DNA of 57,252 nt, filler included, from Circinaria calcarea (taxonomy: Eukaryota), in assembly GCA_051942165.1 (NCBI GenBank). It is 4 parts of 4 records of this genome, joined end to end, with 100 filler letters (N's around TTAATTAATTAA, not from the genome) between each part and the next. Parts side by side here need not be neighbours in the genome. Positions count along the whole stretch, not along the records: positions 14,351 to 28,589 come from JAVECS010000448.1; positions 28,690 to 42,921 come from JAVECS010000449.1; 2 more parts are not named here. One strand, 5' to 3'. Positions 23,547 through 35,444 of this stretch are shown here, piece by piece. The notes below the pieces were generated by a model. The model did no database searches. It was not told the origin of the DNA and saw nothing but the letters and a program-made list of their open reading frames with translations. Position 1 is the first letter of the stretch. Every line of letters starts with the position of its first letter. The position numbers were made by a program, and so were the translations under genes.

Positions 23547-24662
23547 ATAAGATGTAGTCTTGGGTGAGGTGTCCTTTCACCCAGTCCTCAACTGCGGTAT
23601 GAGCCCTCTCGCCTCCTCTCGAGGGAACTCGAAACTTTGGCAGCACTACATGCAGTTAGCTTTCTGTTTGAAATAATAGTTTCTTCAACGGATATCATTC
23701 TTCCGCATAGGACTATAGAAAAGTGAGACCTTACAAATTTCCAAATGGATGTAATTGACAAGACGCCCACATATGCAAACTCGATAAAGAAGCACAAGTG
23801 TTAGATCTTTGGCAGGATTGATGCATGAGGACTATCAATACAAATGGGGTGCAATATACTTCCAGTCCTCTAAGTGCAGAAATGCCGACTTAGGGTCTTC
23901 CCTTGATTCGTGTTGCGGAGGCATCGGCTAGCGCCCGATTGAGACTCGTTCTGAGACTCCACTTCTACCACCGTAGATACTGTACTTCACACCTATCACG
24001 AAATCGAGCTGGAACGAAAAATATTTCTTGCGATCATCGAGCGGGATTCAAACGAGAGTGGCCTCACGATGATGATCAGTCAAGCTTCAGATGACCTAAG
24101 CCAGATGTCAGACCCATCTTCGTCATCGAGAACACGAGGAAAGCTCGAGCCTCACCGAATTCCTACGAGTCCCCAAGTATATAATACAAGAAGTCATGCT
24201 TGTTAGAAATGGTTTCGAGAGGAAAGATTCAAACACAGATATGCCCTCGCAGGTCGGTGAAGCTTACAAGGTTCATAAGGTTCTAACCCATGGTATTCCG
24301 AGGACGGAGCGAAGAGGACATCTGAGTATCAGAGGTCCACCAGATCGAGATACATACCGCACACCAGGCTGATCGTACAAGATACTAAGGTGCAATATTT
24401 TACCTGCAACGGGAAAACCTCATCGAAGAGCTATACCCTGAGTGTGCCTTGCATAATGAAGCATCTAAGGCGGATACCCCCGATCCTCTACGCGATAATT
24501 TCTTGTATCAACGTGAAATTATACAAGCAATGTGCCCGAAGCTGGCATTCATGTTTTTCCTTTACGAGGCGAACAGGGTATTTTTGGAATAATTGAATGA
24601 CAGGATCGAGCAAGATGAGCGAAAGTATTTCGATTAGGCATTGATACTGTGATATAGACGTC

Positions 24663-25764
24663 TTATCGCTTCAAGGAGTTGATCATCTCTTGATGCGTTG
24701 CTTTGTCTCTGTTGGCCTCGGTCAAGGGTGGTATACCTAGAACGATTTAGAATATACGGAACATGTAAGGGATGGTTACACACTGCGAAGGTCTCCCACC
24801 ACATCCTTTGCCTTCCCGAAATATACCTCTTCTGCATAACGTCAATCACATATACACGATTTGTTCAGCGAGACACAACGTACGCAGGAGATTCCTCATC
24901 TTCAACTCCATATCCTCCACCAGCTTTCCCACATTCACAATGTGACTCGAGTCGTCATCAACAGGCATTTCTTGCTCAATCTGCCGCGTCATGTTCCCAC
25001 TGAGATCCATCTCCCCCAGACTCTCGTTGCTGGTACCCAAGTGCAGTATGACCGTACTAGTAAGTTTGTAGTGTGCCATCCTGCCTCTGTCGATCTCCTC
25101 AAAAACATGTATCGAATCCCAGCCTCCTTCCGTCTTGCCTCTCTGTGACGCTGCAGTGGTTATAATTAGCGGACAGTGAAAGCATCGTTAGTAGCGTAGA
25201 AGCATACTCTTCTTCAATAAGACCACCCCGGCGAAGCCATCGTCCAGATCCCAAAAGTACACACTACTCACCCCACCCTCGTAGTACCTAGAGATCTCAC
25301 AAATCAGCCTCTACTCCCCGAAGCCCTTCCTTTCTTCCGTTCAATCCCCCCTCCTCCCCAAACACCCACAATTCCCGATAAACATCCACCGCCTCGCCCA
25401 TCCGAACCTCGAGCCCCCTAACCCTCTCACTCGGCTTGGCGCCTTCCTCTCCGTCCTCCAGCTCCGGCTCAAATTCGTTACTCCATGGACTCCTCCAGCT
25501 ATCTCCATCGCGGTTGTAATCGCACAGCAGGTAGTCCCGCCCGGATTTCTTGCAGCGGCGGACTTCGAGAGGCTGATCGACCGAGGAGAGGAGGTCTTCT
25601 GTTAGGTGGGGGGCGAGGCTGCAGATCCGGGTGAGGTTCAGGGTTGTGGAGTGTGGGGGGAGACGGCGGAGGAGGTCACTATTGGGTTGGGTTAGTGGAC
25701 GTGAGGTTTACGGGGAACGGATATGAGGGTACAGAGCGCTATCAAATTGGCTGTCTGCTGACAT
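24663..25764 (-). CDS. CAP2: F-actin capping protein beta subunit (multi-exon, mostly missed by the ORF track)
   Basis: [11 protein letters not shown] / DLLRRLPP...[10 protein letters not shown]...[21 protein letters not shown] / [26 protein letters not shown] / GWDSIHVFE...[10 protein letters not shown] / [16 protein letters not shown]. Confidence 0.95.
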
Positions 25765-26003
25765 CTTAAGCATATACGTCTTGCACTAGACTGTTGTGTT
25801 GCTGAAGAGTGAACGGGGTATTGGACTAATGTAGGGCTAAGATGCACGAAACCGGGAAGCGAGATTCACATGCGTTTAGTTGAAATGCTTGATAGGCAAT
25901 GTTCAGGGGAATATTGTCAATTGCAACTACTATTCCAATACCAGGATATGTATAGCTGGTGCTTCTAAGGCAGGTGCTATACGCAAAGCTATCAAGGCGA
26001 TCC

Positions 26004-28589
26004 TCAGACTTCATCATCGTCACTCTCACTTTCAACCACGATCCTCCTGCCCTTCCTTTGGGTTGGCCTTGGAGGTTCATCAATATCATCCTCCTCTGGC
26101 ATTTCCAGCGCAGTCTTGGCGGAAATTCTCTCGACCAGCATGTCAAATTCTGGGAGATCGTCACCCGAGTCCAAGCCTTCTATATGGGATGTTTCCGTAG
26201 GCTGGTAAAAGAGCTTGCCTGGAGTGTTCAGCGAAGGGGGCGATGACGCTGACGATGCGGCGGCCACATCGTCGTTGACTTCATCGTCAATGAATTCCTC
26301 CATACCGTCGTCGTCCATGTCTTCATTATCACTTGGAAATTGATTAGTCGGTAGTCCGGGGGATTCTATCGCTGTAAAGCGTGGCCTGGGCTTTAAGGTT
26401 GCTAGGCCGGCGGTGTAAGTTTTCCTCTTGTCGCGTTCAGGAGGAATCCTTAGAGTATGAGTAAAGAAAGCTGCCCGTCTTTCCACTTGAGCTATGCCTT
26501 CTCTGCGGTCTTCCGGATCAAGATGTTCGGCATACCGAGCAGCGGCCGTTTCGGTCATGTGATGCATCTTCCCAAGCATGTTTACTGTGTCCTTCGTGAC
26601 AAGACCATGCTTCACATGCTTGAAGGGGCGCAAACTTCGCTGCAGAGCTGGAAAAGCATCTATTCGTGGAATTGGAACAATCTGCGGAACATCGCCACCG
26701 ACGTCAAGATAGGTCCGTTCGAGTTCTCTTTCTTCAGCAGCTGTCAACAGAACAGAGTCGAGAGAGGGTATTGGTTCTGGGGATGGAATCCGCGCACGTT
26801 TGTGCCGACGTTGCGCAATGCCATTGCTTGTGTCACTTCCTTCGTTATCGAGCCGTGATGCTACTGTAAAGCCAATATTTACACCGTCAGGCATATGAAA
26901 CTTCCTTGGCGGTCTCTTTGGCACTTTGACTCTTTTCCTAGGCTCTGGAAGGTCTGACTGGGTGTTCTCCAACGGTATGTCGATCTGCCTTTTATCCACT
27001 ACGGGGTGGATACCCTTCGGTACAATATGGGGCGATAGCTCGTGATGAAAGGTAAACCGAGTTCCGTCTGAAATCATCTTCTGCATCTTCTCGTAATTAT
27101 CCTTTGCTTGTACAAAATTGTTCTCCTCCTTTCCTTTCATCAATGTGACCACAATATTTCCGGCTCTCTTCCGCCCAGTTCTTCCCATGCGCTGAAGCAT
27201 CCTGATTGGAGAAGCAGAAGCATCATAGCAAACTATGAGGTCAACCTCCCCGATGTCCAAACCTTCTTCACCGATAGAGGTCGCCACAAGGGTGTTGTAG
27301 ATTCCACTCTTGAATTTTTGAATTATATCAAGCTGCTTCTTTTGATCCATTCCATCCGAGCCCTTGGAATTCGCTTGACCAACAAAAACATGCGGCCGGA
27401 TCATCGGTTCGTTGCGTCTTAGGACCCTTGCTACTTCCTCTGCGCTATCTCTGTAATGTACGAAGACCATTATCCTCGTGCTTGCGGGTGACACGCCATC
27501 GCTGGCCCCTCGCCCATCTCCGGCGTCAAGGAAATGATTCATGACCACGCTTCTGAGGTATTCAAGTTTTGGATGCCCAACAAACTCACTGTTGCTAATC
27601 CAACCCTGAACCAATTTCATCATCTTTTGAAACGGCTCGCTGTCGTTGATTTGTCTGCGATACTTGCTGCCCTTCTCGCCACTTGATGTGTCGTTGCGAA
27701 ATTCTGTCACCTTGTGAAAGAAGGGCCCGATCCCGTGAAACTTCAGTAGCTCTATCGAGTGCGCAAGACTGGCCAATAAGGTAAATATTGTATTTACCAT
27801 GCCTTTGATTGGGTGGCTGGCTTTTCTGCCCGCATCAGATGCCATCCATTTTTGCCTGGCTTGGGTGAGACCATATGGAGTCAGTGTCATCGGATCCCTC
27901 GACCAATATGCGTTCATGCCATTCAACTTGTCCAGTACGGGTCTGAGGGCTCTAGCAAAGAGGTCCATGATCACGCTCATTTCCTCAGAACACTCAAATA
28001 TGACTGTATCAATTTTTCTGGAGTGTACATATTGACGGATGTCCAGTGACTCTTCGGTACGAATCTCGACCCTGGAGATACCAAGTCCGTCGATGACCTC
28101 CTGTACACCCTCAACAGTTGAGCCAGGGGTGGCAGTCAGGGCCAGCACTCGAAAACTGGTGTTGAACCGCCTCAGAAACTGGACTACCTCAACATATGCA
28201 TAACCACCAGTTGCGCGATGAGCCTCGTCCACGACTAGAAGTACGACTTTCTTTGGATCACAGATACCGGTTTTCAAGTCGTTCACGATCGTCTGAGGAG
28301 TCATAAAAAATACTCGTTTGGTCTGCCACTCTTCAGCTCGTATACCTGGTGGCGTGCTACCGGTCAGCATTGTTGTTGCAGACCGGGGTATTCCCACGAT
28401 ATTGAAGCAGGCTTCCACCTGTTGCGATACCAGTGGCTTTGTCGGAGCCACGAAAACTATCTGTGCATCTCTAGTCCAGCGAAACCAGTTCAGCATGATT
28501 GTTGCTGCAATGAACGTCTTTCCCAGTCCCGTAGGTAGAGCGACCAAGAGATTATGGTAGAGACCTCGGGCGACGATGTTGTATTGGTA
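26004..28589 (-). CDS. MPH1: DEAH-box DNA helicase Mph1/FANCM, 5' end lost in the gap
   Basis: YQYNIV...[15 protein letters not shown] (motif I), VDEAHRATG (motif II), [26 protein letters not shown]. Confidence 0.95.
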   Translation of the reverse strand, partial: YQYNIVARGLYHNLLVALPTGLGKTFIAATIMLNWFRWTRDAQIVFVAPTKPLVSQQVEACFNIVGIPRSATTMLTGSTPPGIRAEEWQTKRVFFMTPQTIVNDLKTGICDPKKVVLLVVDEAHRATGGYAYVEVVQFLRRFNTSFRVLALTATPGSTVEGVQEVIDGLGISRVEIRTEESLDIRQYVHSRKIDTVIFECSEEMSVIMDLFARALRPVLDKLNGMNAYWSRDPMTLTPYGLTQARQKWMASDAGRKASHPIKGMVNTIFTLLASLAHSIELLKFHGIGPFFHKVTEFRNDTSSGEKGSKYRRQINDSEPFQKMMKLVQGWISNSEFVGHPKLEYLRSVVMNHFLDAGDGRGASDGVSPASTRIMVFVHYRDSAEEVARVLRRNEPMIRPHVFVGQANSKGSDGMDQKKQLDIIQKFKSGIYNTLVATSIGEEGLDIGEVDLIVCYDASASPIRMLQRMGRTGRKRAGNIVVTLMKGKEENNFVQAKDNYEKMQKMISDGTRFTFHHELSPHIVPKGIHPVVDKRQIDIPLENTQSDLPEPRKRVKVPKRPPRKFHMPDGVNIGFTVASRLDNEGSDTSNGIAQRRHKRARIPSPEPIPSLDSVLLTAAEERELERTYLDVGGDVPQIVPIPRIDAFPALQRSLRPFKHVKHGLVTKDTVNMLGKMHHMTETAAARYAEHLDPEDRREGIAQVERRAAFFTHTLRIPPERDKRKTYTAGLATLKPRPRFTAIESPGLPTNQFPSDNEDMDDDGMEEFIDDEVNDDVAAASSASSPPSLNTPGKLFYQPTETSHIEGLDSGDDLPEFDMLVERISAKTALEMPEEDDIDEPPRPTQRKGRRIVVESESDDDEV

Positions 28590-28689
28590 NNNNNNNNNNN
28601 NNNNNNNNNNNNNNNNNNNNNNNNNNNNNNNNNTTAATTAATTAANNNNNNNNNNNNNNNNNNNNNNNNNNNNNNNNNNNNNNNNNNNN
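28590..28689. other. Artificial contig-joining spacer (N44-TTAATTAATTAA-N44)
   Basis: Same 100-nt structure as the other gaps. Confidence 0.97.
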
Positions 28690-29067
28690 TCTGAACAAAT
28701 CCCTCTGATGGTTTCGCATTTACCGCTTCTTGTTGCGACCGCATCTCTTGGAAGGCACACGGAAGTTGCTATCCGGCTGATATCTCTACCAAAGGGTGCT
28801 GGTACAAGTCTTAGCGCCGCCTTACAGCTACCACGCGTTGGTCTAATCGGACTGAGGAGCGGTGCACCGAACATTGCACCCTTAATCGCCTATGTCAGAG
28901 ATAGTGTGGCTCCTGTAGAAGTACCTTGGCTGCATAATCTCCAGATAGGCAAATACCTGCCCACCAAAATAAAGGCGATCGTGACCACCGCATCGGTTAA
29001 ACAAAAAAGAAAAGCGTCACCAGATGGTGGCCGAGAGAAACGAGATTCTCGACCAAGGTGTGCTTGA
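28690..29067 (+). CDS. POP3: Probable C-terminal part of RNase P/MRP subunit Pop3 (5' end lost in gap)
   Basis: HLPLLVATAS...RLISLPKG...LSAALQLPRVGLIGL...PLIAYVRDSVAPVEVPWL...YLPTKIKAI resembles, from recall, the L7Ae-like Pop3 C-terminus of filamentous ascomycetes; not database-verified. Confidence 0.65.
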   Translation, partial: SEQIPLMVSHLPLLVATASLGRHTEVAIRLISLPKGAGTSLSAALQLPRVGLIGLRSGAPNIAPLIAYVRDSVAPVEVPWLHNLQIGKYLPTKIKAIVTTASVKQKRKASPDGGREKRDSRPRCA

Positions 29068-29621
29068 GAACCTTTGCCAGCGCAACCCCCCGCAGAGAAA
29101 ACTCTTGATAATATATGAGCCCACGTGCCTCAGGATTACTCAGACTTACGGCCTTGAGCTTTGGCGAGCAATACCGCCGAAACAGCACTGTTTGATATGG
29201 CTGGAAAGGATTCAGGGAGAAGAACTCAAATCAATCGTCAACGTCTTATCGTTGTTTCTGGATGAATCTTGATCTAGAAGTTGCTTGCCTCAGCATACCC
29301 AGTCATCTGCTCTTAGTAGGACGAGCATTCCGAAAGCAATTGACAGCTAGGCAAGTCATTTGTGCGGGATGAGATAGGACGAGAGTGAGGGACTCAGTGG
29401 GAGAGCGTCTTCTCAAATGTAACAGGTGGCCAGTCCCTGAGCAAATTAGCAATTGAAAGCAGTGACAGTAGTAAGATTTGGCTCCTCTACCATTTCCCCT
29501 TTTGGCGTAACCCGAAAGCAGTCCAGCCTATCCTCCTCCAGCAGATCTCCGGCCCCCTCCAACTGCATAGATCCGTACCCGCATGAATATCTTCAAGCTC
29601 GCTCATCCCGCGTCCCGTCAC

Positions 29622-30209
29622 TTAGAGACCTCCTTGAATGGAGAATGACGACAGAATAAGCACCAGAACATTGATCAATGCCCACACAAACGGAATCCAC
29701 GTCGACATACGGAAGTATCCAGCATTATACACCGCACCCAAACTACACGACCCGGGCCCAAACCCCCCCAAAATCAGCAACCACACTCCCCAACAGATAA
29801 ACTTCCCCAACCCTTCTCATCCCAGACAAGGTTGAGACACTCACATCAATCCCACCGCACTCCCCGCCACCAACGCCTCCAACCCGGCTACAAGCACATA
29901 GACAACGGGTACCACCCAGATGCGCTTCCAGTGCCGCCATTGCACCGCGACCGCGTAACCGGCCGCGGCCAGGTGCACGCCGCCGTAGATAATAAGTGTC
30001 CAGAAGAGCGTGAAGCGCCAGATGTCGGTTGTGTGGTAGAGGTAGGCGGCGGGCTCGGCGAGGGGGCCAAAAGGCAAGTAGAGGCTCGGGAAGGGCGGAG
30101 CGGTGTAGTTGGTGGGGAGGGGGTGTGTGAGGCGGGACCTGGAGGGATTGTGTTAGGTTTCTGTTGTGGTGACTGGGAGGATTAGGTAGAGGGAGGGGGG
30201 TACGTACAT
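29622..30209 (-). CDS. Small integral membrane protein, TMEM170 family; first intron 30207-30139 splits the ATG, second intron near 29843-29743
   Basis: Y..PPFPSLY...YLY...DIWRFTLFWTLI...AG..VG.ILGAVYNAGYFRMSTWIPFVW pattern of TMEM170/YPR153W-like proteins; three hydrophobic segments. Confidence 0.85.
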
Positions 30210-30619
30210 GAAGGGCCGAGGCTTTGGACGGTTACATGGGAGTTTTATCGAACTTGGAGTGGCTAAAGCCCCGAATAGATAGATGCGCGTTAAATTTTGG
30301 GTAGGTCTAGCCTATACTAGACCCTTTATTGATTGGGGTCAGGACTTTTGCACTCAATCTCGCATAGTTACCATATAAACTTCCAGATCATTGAGCCTGA
30401 GGTTTGATTTTGAAATGACATTTAAAAAATTCATTCAGTATGCATGCCACGCTAGTCTACGCACATAGAGAATAGGGATTGCACATCTTCCAATATGTGC
30501 TTGCCCGAGACGTAACTATAATCTCCAAGTCTCGTCTACCATAAACCTATGACCCTCAGCACATCCTAGGATCTCCATAATGTTTTCCCTTATCAACAGC
30601 ACCTCTCCCCATCATCGAG

Positions 30620-31530
30620 TCATGCAGCATGATATACTGGTATGATCAACTCTCGCTGGATAATACCATTCATCCTCTTCTTACTTTTTCTCCGGTCATC
30701 TATCCCATGTCCAAAGCCATATTCCTCACCATCCTACGCGAACGTCCTCGGAAGTGCTCATCTATACTTTGGCTGTGTTCATGGCCACTTACGTATTGTG
30801 TCGTGGACTGTTCTTCATGGCCTGTGTACCTTTCTCGGTGAATTTGCGTGGTATTGCTTATGACCTGAGTATTGTTCTCCACTAAAAGGCATTGTCTCTC
30901 GTCCTATCAACCAGTTAGCCGTCTCATATTATTCAATGCTACGCCAGGAGCAAAGCTAACCGAAAGCAACCTTGATGTATTTTATTGGCGTGACACCAAT
31001 CACCAGATTACCCAAGAACCTCAAGTACAGCACCTTCTCTCCATATCTTAATAACTCCGTCATAGGCGAATAGACAAAATTTGAGTTCTCGGCCCTTTGA
31101 GTCATCACGCGGTGATACCTTGCATTTGCGCGCCGCCGAGATCGTGGCGTATATATCATTTCAATGTACGCGATTATGGTATCGAATATAGTCTGATTGA
31201 ATGTGTGGTCATCTCTCTCATCATCAAATCAGCTCGCGAGAGGGAAGTGTCATGTTCGATGACGTTATTCTCGTTCAAGTCATCCAGATCTAGGGAGCCT
31301 AAGGAAGGGTACCCAAAGCGCCGGCGGAAGAAGCATTCTTGAAGTCATCGCCGATACTGAAGATGGAGGAGAGCGCGGCTCGGAGGATAGGGAGAGTAAT
31401 GCCTGTGCGGGAGGATATGGTGATTTGCTAGAGGGTTCAAACTCGGACATGGTTTGCGGACGACTGAGCCACTTGCTGGGAATCAATTGGAGAAACGAGT
31501 TTTGTTGGCGTATTGTGGCCTCGTAAAACA
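30620..31530 (+). pseudogene. Probable degraded PTH11-like (fungal rhodopsin-domain) GPCR pseudogene
   Basis: Fragments in shifting frames keep PTH11-like TM order: SKAIFLTILR / VLIYTLAVFMATY..GLFFMACVPFS..AYDLSI / intron-like GTTAGC..CTAAC..AAG / LMYFIGVTPIT / DKI*VLGPLS..VIPCICA..R.WRIY / YSLIECVVISLII, then a charged tail. Several stops and frameshifts. Confidence 0.5.
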
Positions 31531-33442
31531 TGCTTGGAGGTATCCGAGGACAAGAAGTAAAGGGTAGAATGAGACAGCTTGAGTAAGTCACGTTGTCGAG
31601 CTGTTAACTTTCTTTATCCAAGAATATTAGAGCCTTCCGAATGGATGGCTGGAGCTTTTGAGTGGGTAAACGATCTGAGCGTTCCTATAGAGATGGAACG
31701 TCTAAAGGATTGGTTCAAATACTCGACTGTCAGAGGATGACGGGGTCATCGAAATGAGTGAATGGTTGAAGTTCCGATGAATAAACAAACGTCTCTCAAC
31801 TAATATAAGAGACGGTAGATTAAATGGCCGATTCTGGGACTATATCCAGCCAGGGCTTGTTGTGGCATGGCGTTGCTTCTTTGCAAATAAGAGATGGAGG
31901 GACGTCCAAGGTCTCGGCTTGGGGGACTAAGCCGAGTTGTATTGTTTTGGTAATTCACCCTGTCAGATGAGCAGTTTGGGGATATCCTCATGCAATCGCT
32001 GAAAATAGGAGTATATTGATACCGACCCATTGGTTCCGAGGTGGACATAAGAAAATGGCAGATATTGTTGACATTCCTCTCTCTTCATCCTTGTCTCTAG
32101 TTACCGTAAGTATGACTGCATTAACACGATTCGGTCTTTAGGCCTGGTTTTGAGTAAACGCTTCAGGAGGCTAGTACACTGCATTGAGAGGGCAGAAACG
32201 CCAACCACATTATTATCATAGCGAAGCAGAGCTTGCATGTAATGGAAAGAATGTAAAAACCTACTCCTTCTTATCAACGGAAGATTGTACCCCACTCCCA
32301 AATTCCAGCGCGTACTCTAAGGAACACACTACTGTCGAGAGGGTATTACCCTACAGCACCCACTAACTGCGGTAGGTTGAGGCCAAAATAATTATCGCAA
32401 GGTTGAGCTCGCCATGCAAATCCACCACTCTCCTTGGAATTTGATAGGGGAATGTAGCTGTTTAGCCCACCCCTCCCTAGTCTATGGACTCGGACCTCTT
32501 CTGATGGCAAAGAAGAATTTCTCGCGGTGTCCACGCTCCGTGTACACGCTACTGACTGCTCACTTTTGATGCCCCTCCGTCTAGATGGCCCGTCATACGT
32601 ACAACCTTGCTCGAAATCTACGCAGTTCTGGCATCGGCTTCCAACCTCCTGGCTGATCCTACCACGGATACTGCGTCTATGGTAAAAGTCGAAAGCACGG
32701 GAGATACGTCGTGCCTTTCGAGGCTTCGATGGTTTAGAACCACACTATGCGCTTCCCGCAACGGAATGAACTCTAGGTAATGATACCGAAGCTCCGTCTA
32801 TAATGTTGCTGATAGTCAACACACTATAACTTCAAAGTCAAGCGTTTGGAGAACAACGGCCTGCTCAATCACCGACCGCTGAAGGAACCCAAAGTATTGA
32901 ATCAGTACGTGAAGACATCTGCTAAGGGTGAATCGGTGATGAAGGATCCTCAGCTTGATGTCAACCGCGATTGAGGAATGGTTAGATTCTCCGACCAACG
33001 CGGCACGTGGGGGCGGTACGGGTGATGAAGGTTCTGAGGTTCAAGCTAAAAAAGGTGATTATAGAAGAACGAGGCCGTATGACAATGGAGGTAATACCTG
33101 CACGTATCATAGGATGTCTTGGAGGTGTAAGAAATTGTTATCTCAGGTGGTTGAGCTATTGAACCATTATTATGATGGTTAATTGTGTACAATTTCAATG
33201 CTCATATGGTAATAGTCGGCAGAACCTCGGAACCTTCAGTATAAGGCTGAAAACCAAAGGCGGCGAAACAATGCTAAGCCGCGCCTCCAGTCGGCTCCCA
33301 TGTTACCATATGGAGGAATCTCATCCGATTTCAACAGTTATTCCTACCGTCACTCGTTTGACTGCGATGGCCATGCTTCCAACTGCTTGCAAACGAAGCT
33401 GTCACCCGAGCCTGACTCGTCTACAACTATTCACTTGAAAAA

Positions 33443-34408
33443 ATGGCTTCCAGCACTGATTCTTTCTCCGCCTCACCTAGCATCTCCATCTCCTGGCCGC
33501 AAAATCGTCCGGCGGAACGTCAACCATGGACTCCTCCCACTAGAGGCGACGATCGCCATGCGAACGGGTTTGCTAACATCTCAAACGTTCCTGATCTTCT
33601 CCACCCGAGACCCGCCCCGGCGCCCCCTAAAGACGTCCACCCCTCCCTCCTGCCCAACGGCTCCAAATCTCTCTCGGGCGTCTCTCTCCGCTCCACACTC
33701 CTCGGCCTTACCCTCGGTCTCTCCCTCTCCTTCGCTGCAATTCTGATCTACCTCCAATCCGAACTCTGGCGCGCCCCCTTCTTCCTTTCAACACTATCAC
33801 TCTTCCATTTTCTCGAATACTACATCACAGCAACTTACAACCCCTCCGCAGCAAACATCTCTGCCTTCTTGCTGAGCCAAAATGGCTCTGCATACAACGT
33901 CGCGCATACACTCGCTTTTCTCGAATGCATCCTCATCCACACCGTGTTTCGGGAGTGGCATGTCCTGCCCTCCTTTGTCCATTTACCACTTCTGTGTGCG
34001 GGATTCATAATGTTGATTCTAGGACAGACAACGCGCTCGATGGCAATGGCGCAAGCGGGGAGTAATTTCAATCACACCGTTCAGATGCAAAAGAAAGAAG
34101 GCCATGAGTTGGTCACGGAAGGGATATATGGGATACTAAGACATCCAAGCTATTTTGGCTTCTGGTGGTGGGGATTGGGCACGCAGGTAATTTTGGGGAA
34201 TGGGTTTTGTTTGGCGGGGTATGCGATTGTGCTTTGGAGATTCTTCCGAGACAGGATTGACAGTGAGTTGTCTTCTACATCGATAAGGACCGGCGGCTGA
34301 TTCAAGGCGCGCCCTGTAGAGGAAGAGGAGCTGTTGATCAAATTCTTTGGGCAAAAGTACATCGAATATCGGAGAAGGACACGCGTTGGTATACCGCTTA
34401 TCCGATGA
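33443..34408 (+). CDS. STE14: Isoprenylcysteine carboxyl methyltransferase
   Basis: FHFLEY, AMAQAGSNFNH, HELVTEGIYGILRHPSYFGFWWW, RFFRDRI; intron from 34263 joins to EEELLIKFFG.KY.EYR.RT.VGIP. Confidence 0.96.
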
Positions 34409-34684
34409 GAGAAATGCCTGGTATTCCAAGAAGACCCTGGAACAAAAGGGATAACAAAATGATTGTGGATTTGTAGCGACCTTGAGCGTTCTGAACAGTG
34501 TGCCGGCGATCATAGCACGTACTTTTACCTGCTAGCATTGGAGACATACCTTTGATAGATCAAGTTATTCCTGGCATTGAATTCACTGATGCGCCATTGA
34601 TAATGTCCAGGCCCACACCTTACACAGGTTCTCAGGGGTCCGCAACCGAACTTCCGCTCATAGTGACCGATCCACCATAGCTCA

Positions 34685-34939
34685 TCACTCCACCAAGTAA
34701 CGAGCGCAGCTGCACCTCCTTTCATGCTTCTTCTCCTTTATCTCCTCCATGCCTTCTTTGTCTCCTGGCGAATCCATATCATGATGGTTACACATGCCCT
34801 CTATGATGTTATCCTCGATCTACCGATAGTGTTTGCTTCTCGAAGTGATGGCATCGTCGTTAAGGTTCTCTAGGCAGCAGTAGTGGTCGGTTTCGACACA
34901 GCGGCAGTCCTTAAAGGTGTACCTGTTGTCGATGCACAT
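34685..34939 (-). pseudogene. Small Cys-rich ORF (MCIDNRYTFKDCRC...) interrupted by an in-frame TAG at 34822-34820
   Basis: 85 codons in one frame with MC..Y.F..C.C...CC start and C...CSC end, similar in pattern to common small fungal Cys-rich proteins; one internal stop. Confidence 0.3.
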
Positions 34940-35444
34940 AGCGCTTGACGTTCGGTTCTGAAAGCTGGGAAAATTTTGCTCGTATCGCTTATGGTTGTGT
35001 GAATAAAGTGTGAAAGCGGTTTTAATAGATTGCCGTGTCCTCAATCCTCGTATAGATAGTGGCCACCATACTGTGGGGTCTGCCCGAGATAGTGAAGGCG
35101 ATGGCTCCTGTGTCATCGCCTTTGTTATTCATGTTGTAGTAAAACTCCCGGGTACTAATGCAAATTTAAATGTTCAGCGGGAAGTTGTATGGGACGCAGA
35201 TTTGTTTTCGCGGCAGCCGGTCACTATCAGAAATGGTATCGGTGGGTGACAGTTCCTGGTGGCTTGGTTGTTCCACGTCCTTGCCAGAGTCTAGTCCATA
35301 CACAGTATCAGGACATAAGGCAATCATAACATTTCAACCCTATACTGGCAACAAACCATAGTGCTAGCGCTCGCAAAGCACTTGTAAACAGGTTCTCGGA
35401 TTGCTAGGTCGGCCTTAACGGGTTGGCTGGATCTCTTCAAGGGT

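Noticed and set aside
9081..28589. Apparent chromatin/ubiquitin cluster (OTU1, RSC1, creB, LSD1, MPH1)
   Set aside because: All are conserved housekeeping genes, they span an artificial contig join, and no shared regulatory signal is visible.
29024..29272. 82-aa ORF overlapping the POP3 3' end
   Set aside because: No motif; lies in the expected 3' UTR.
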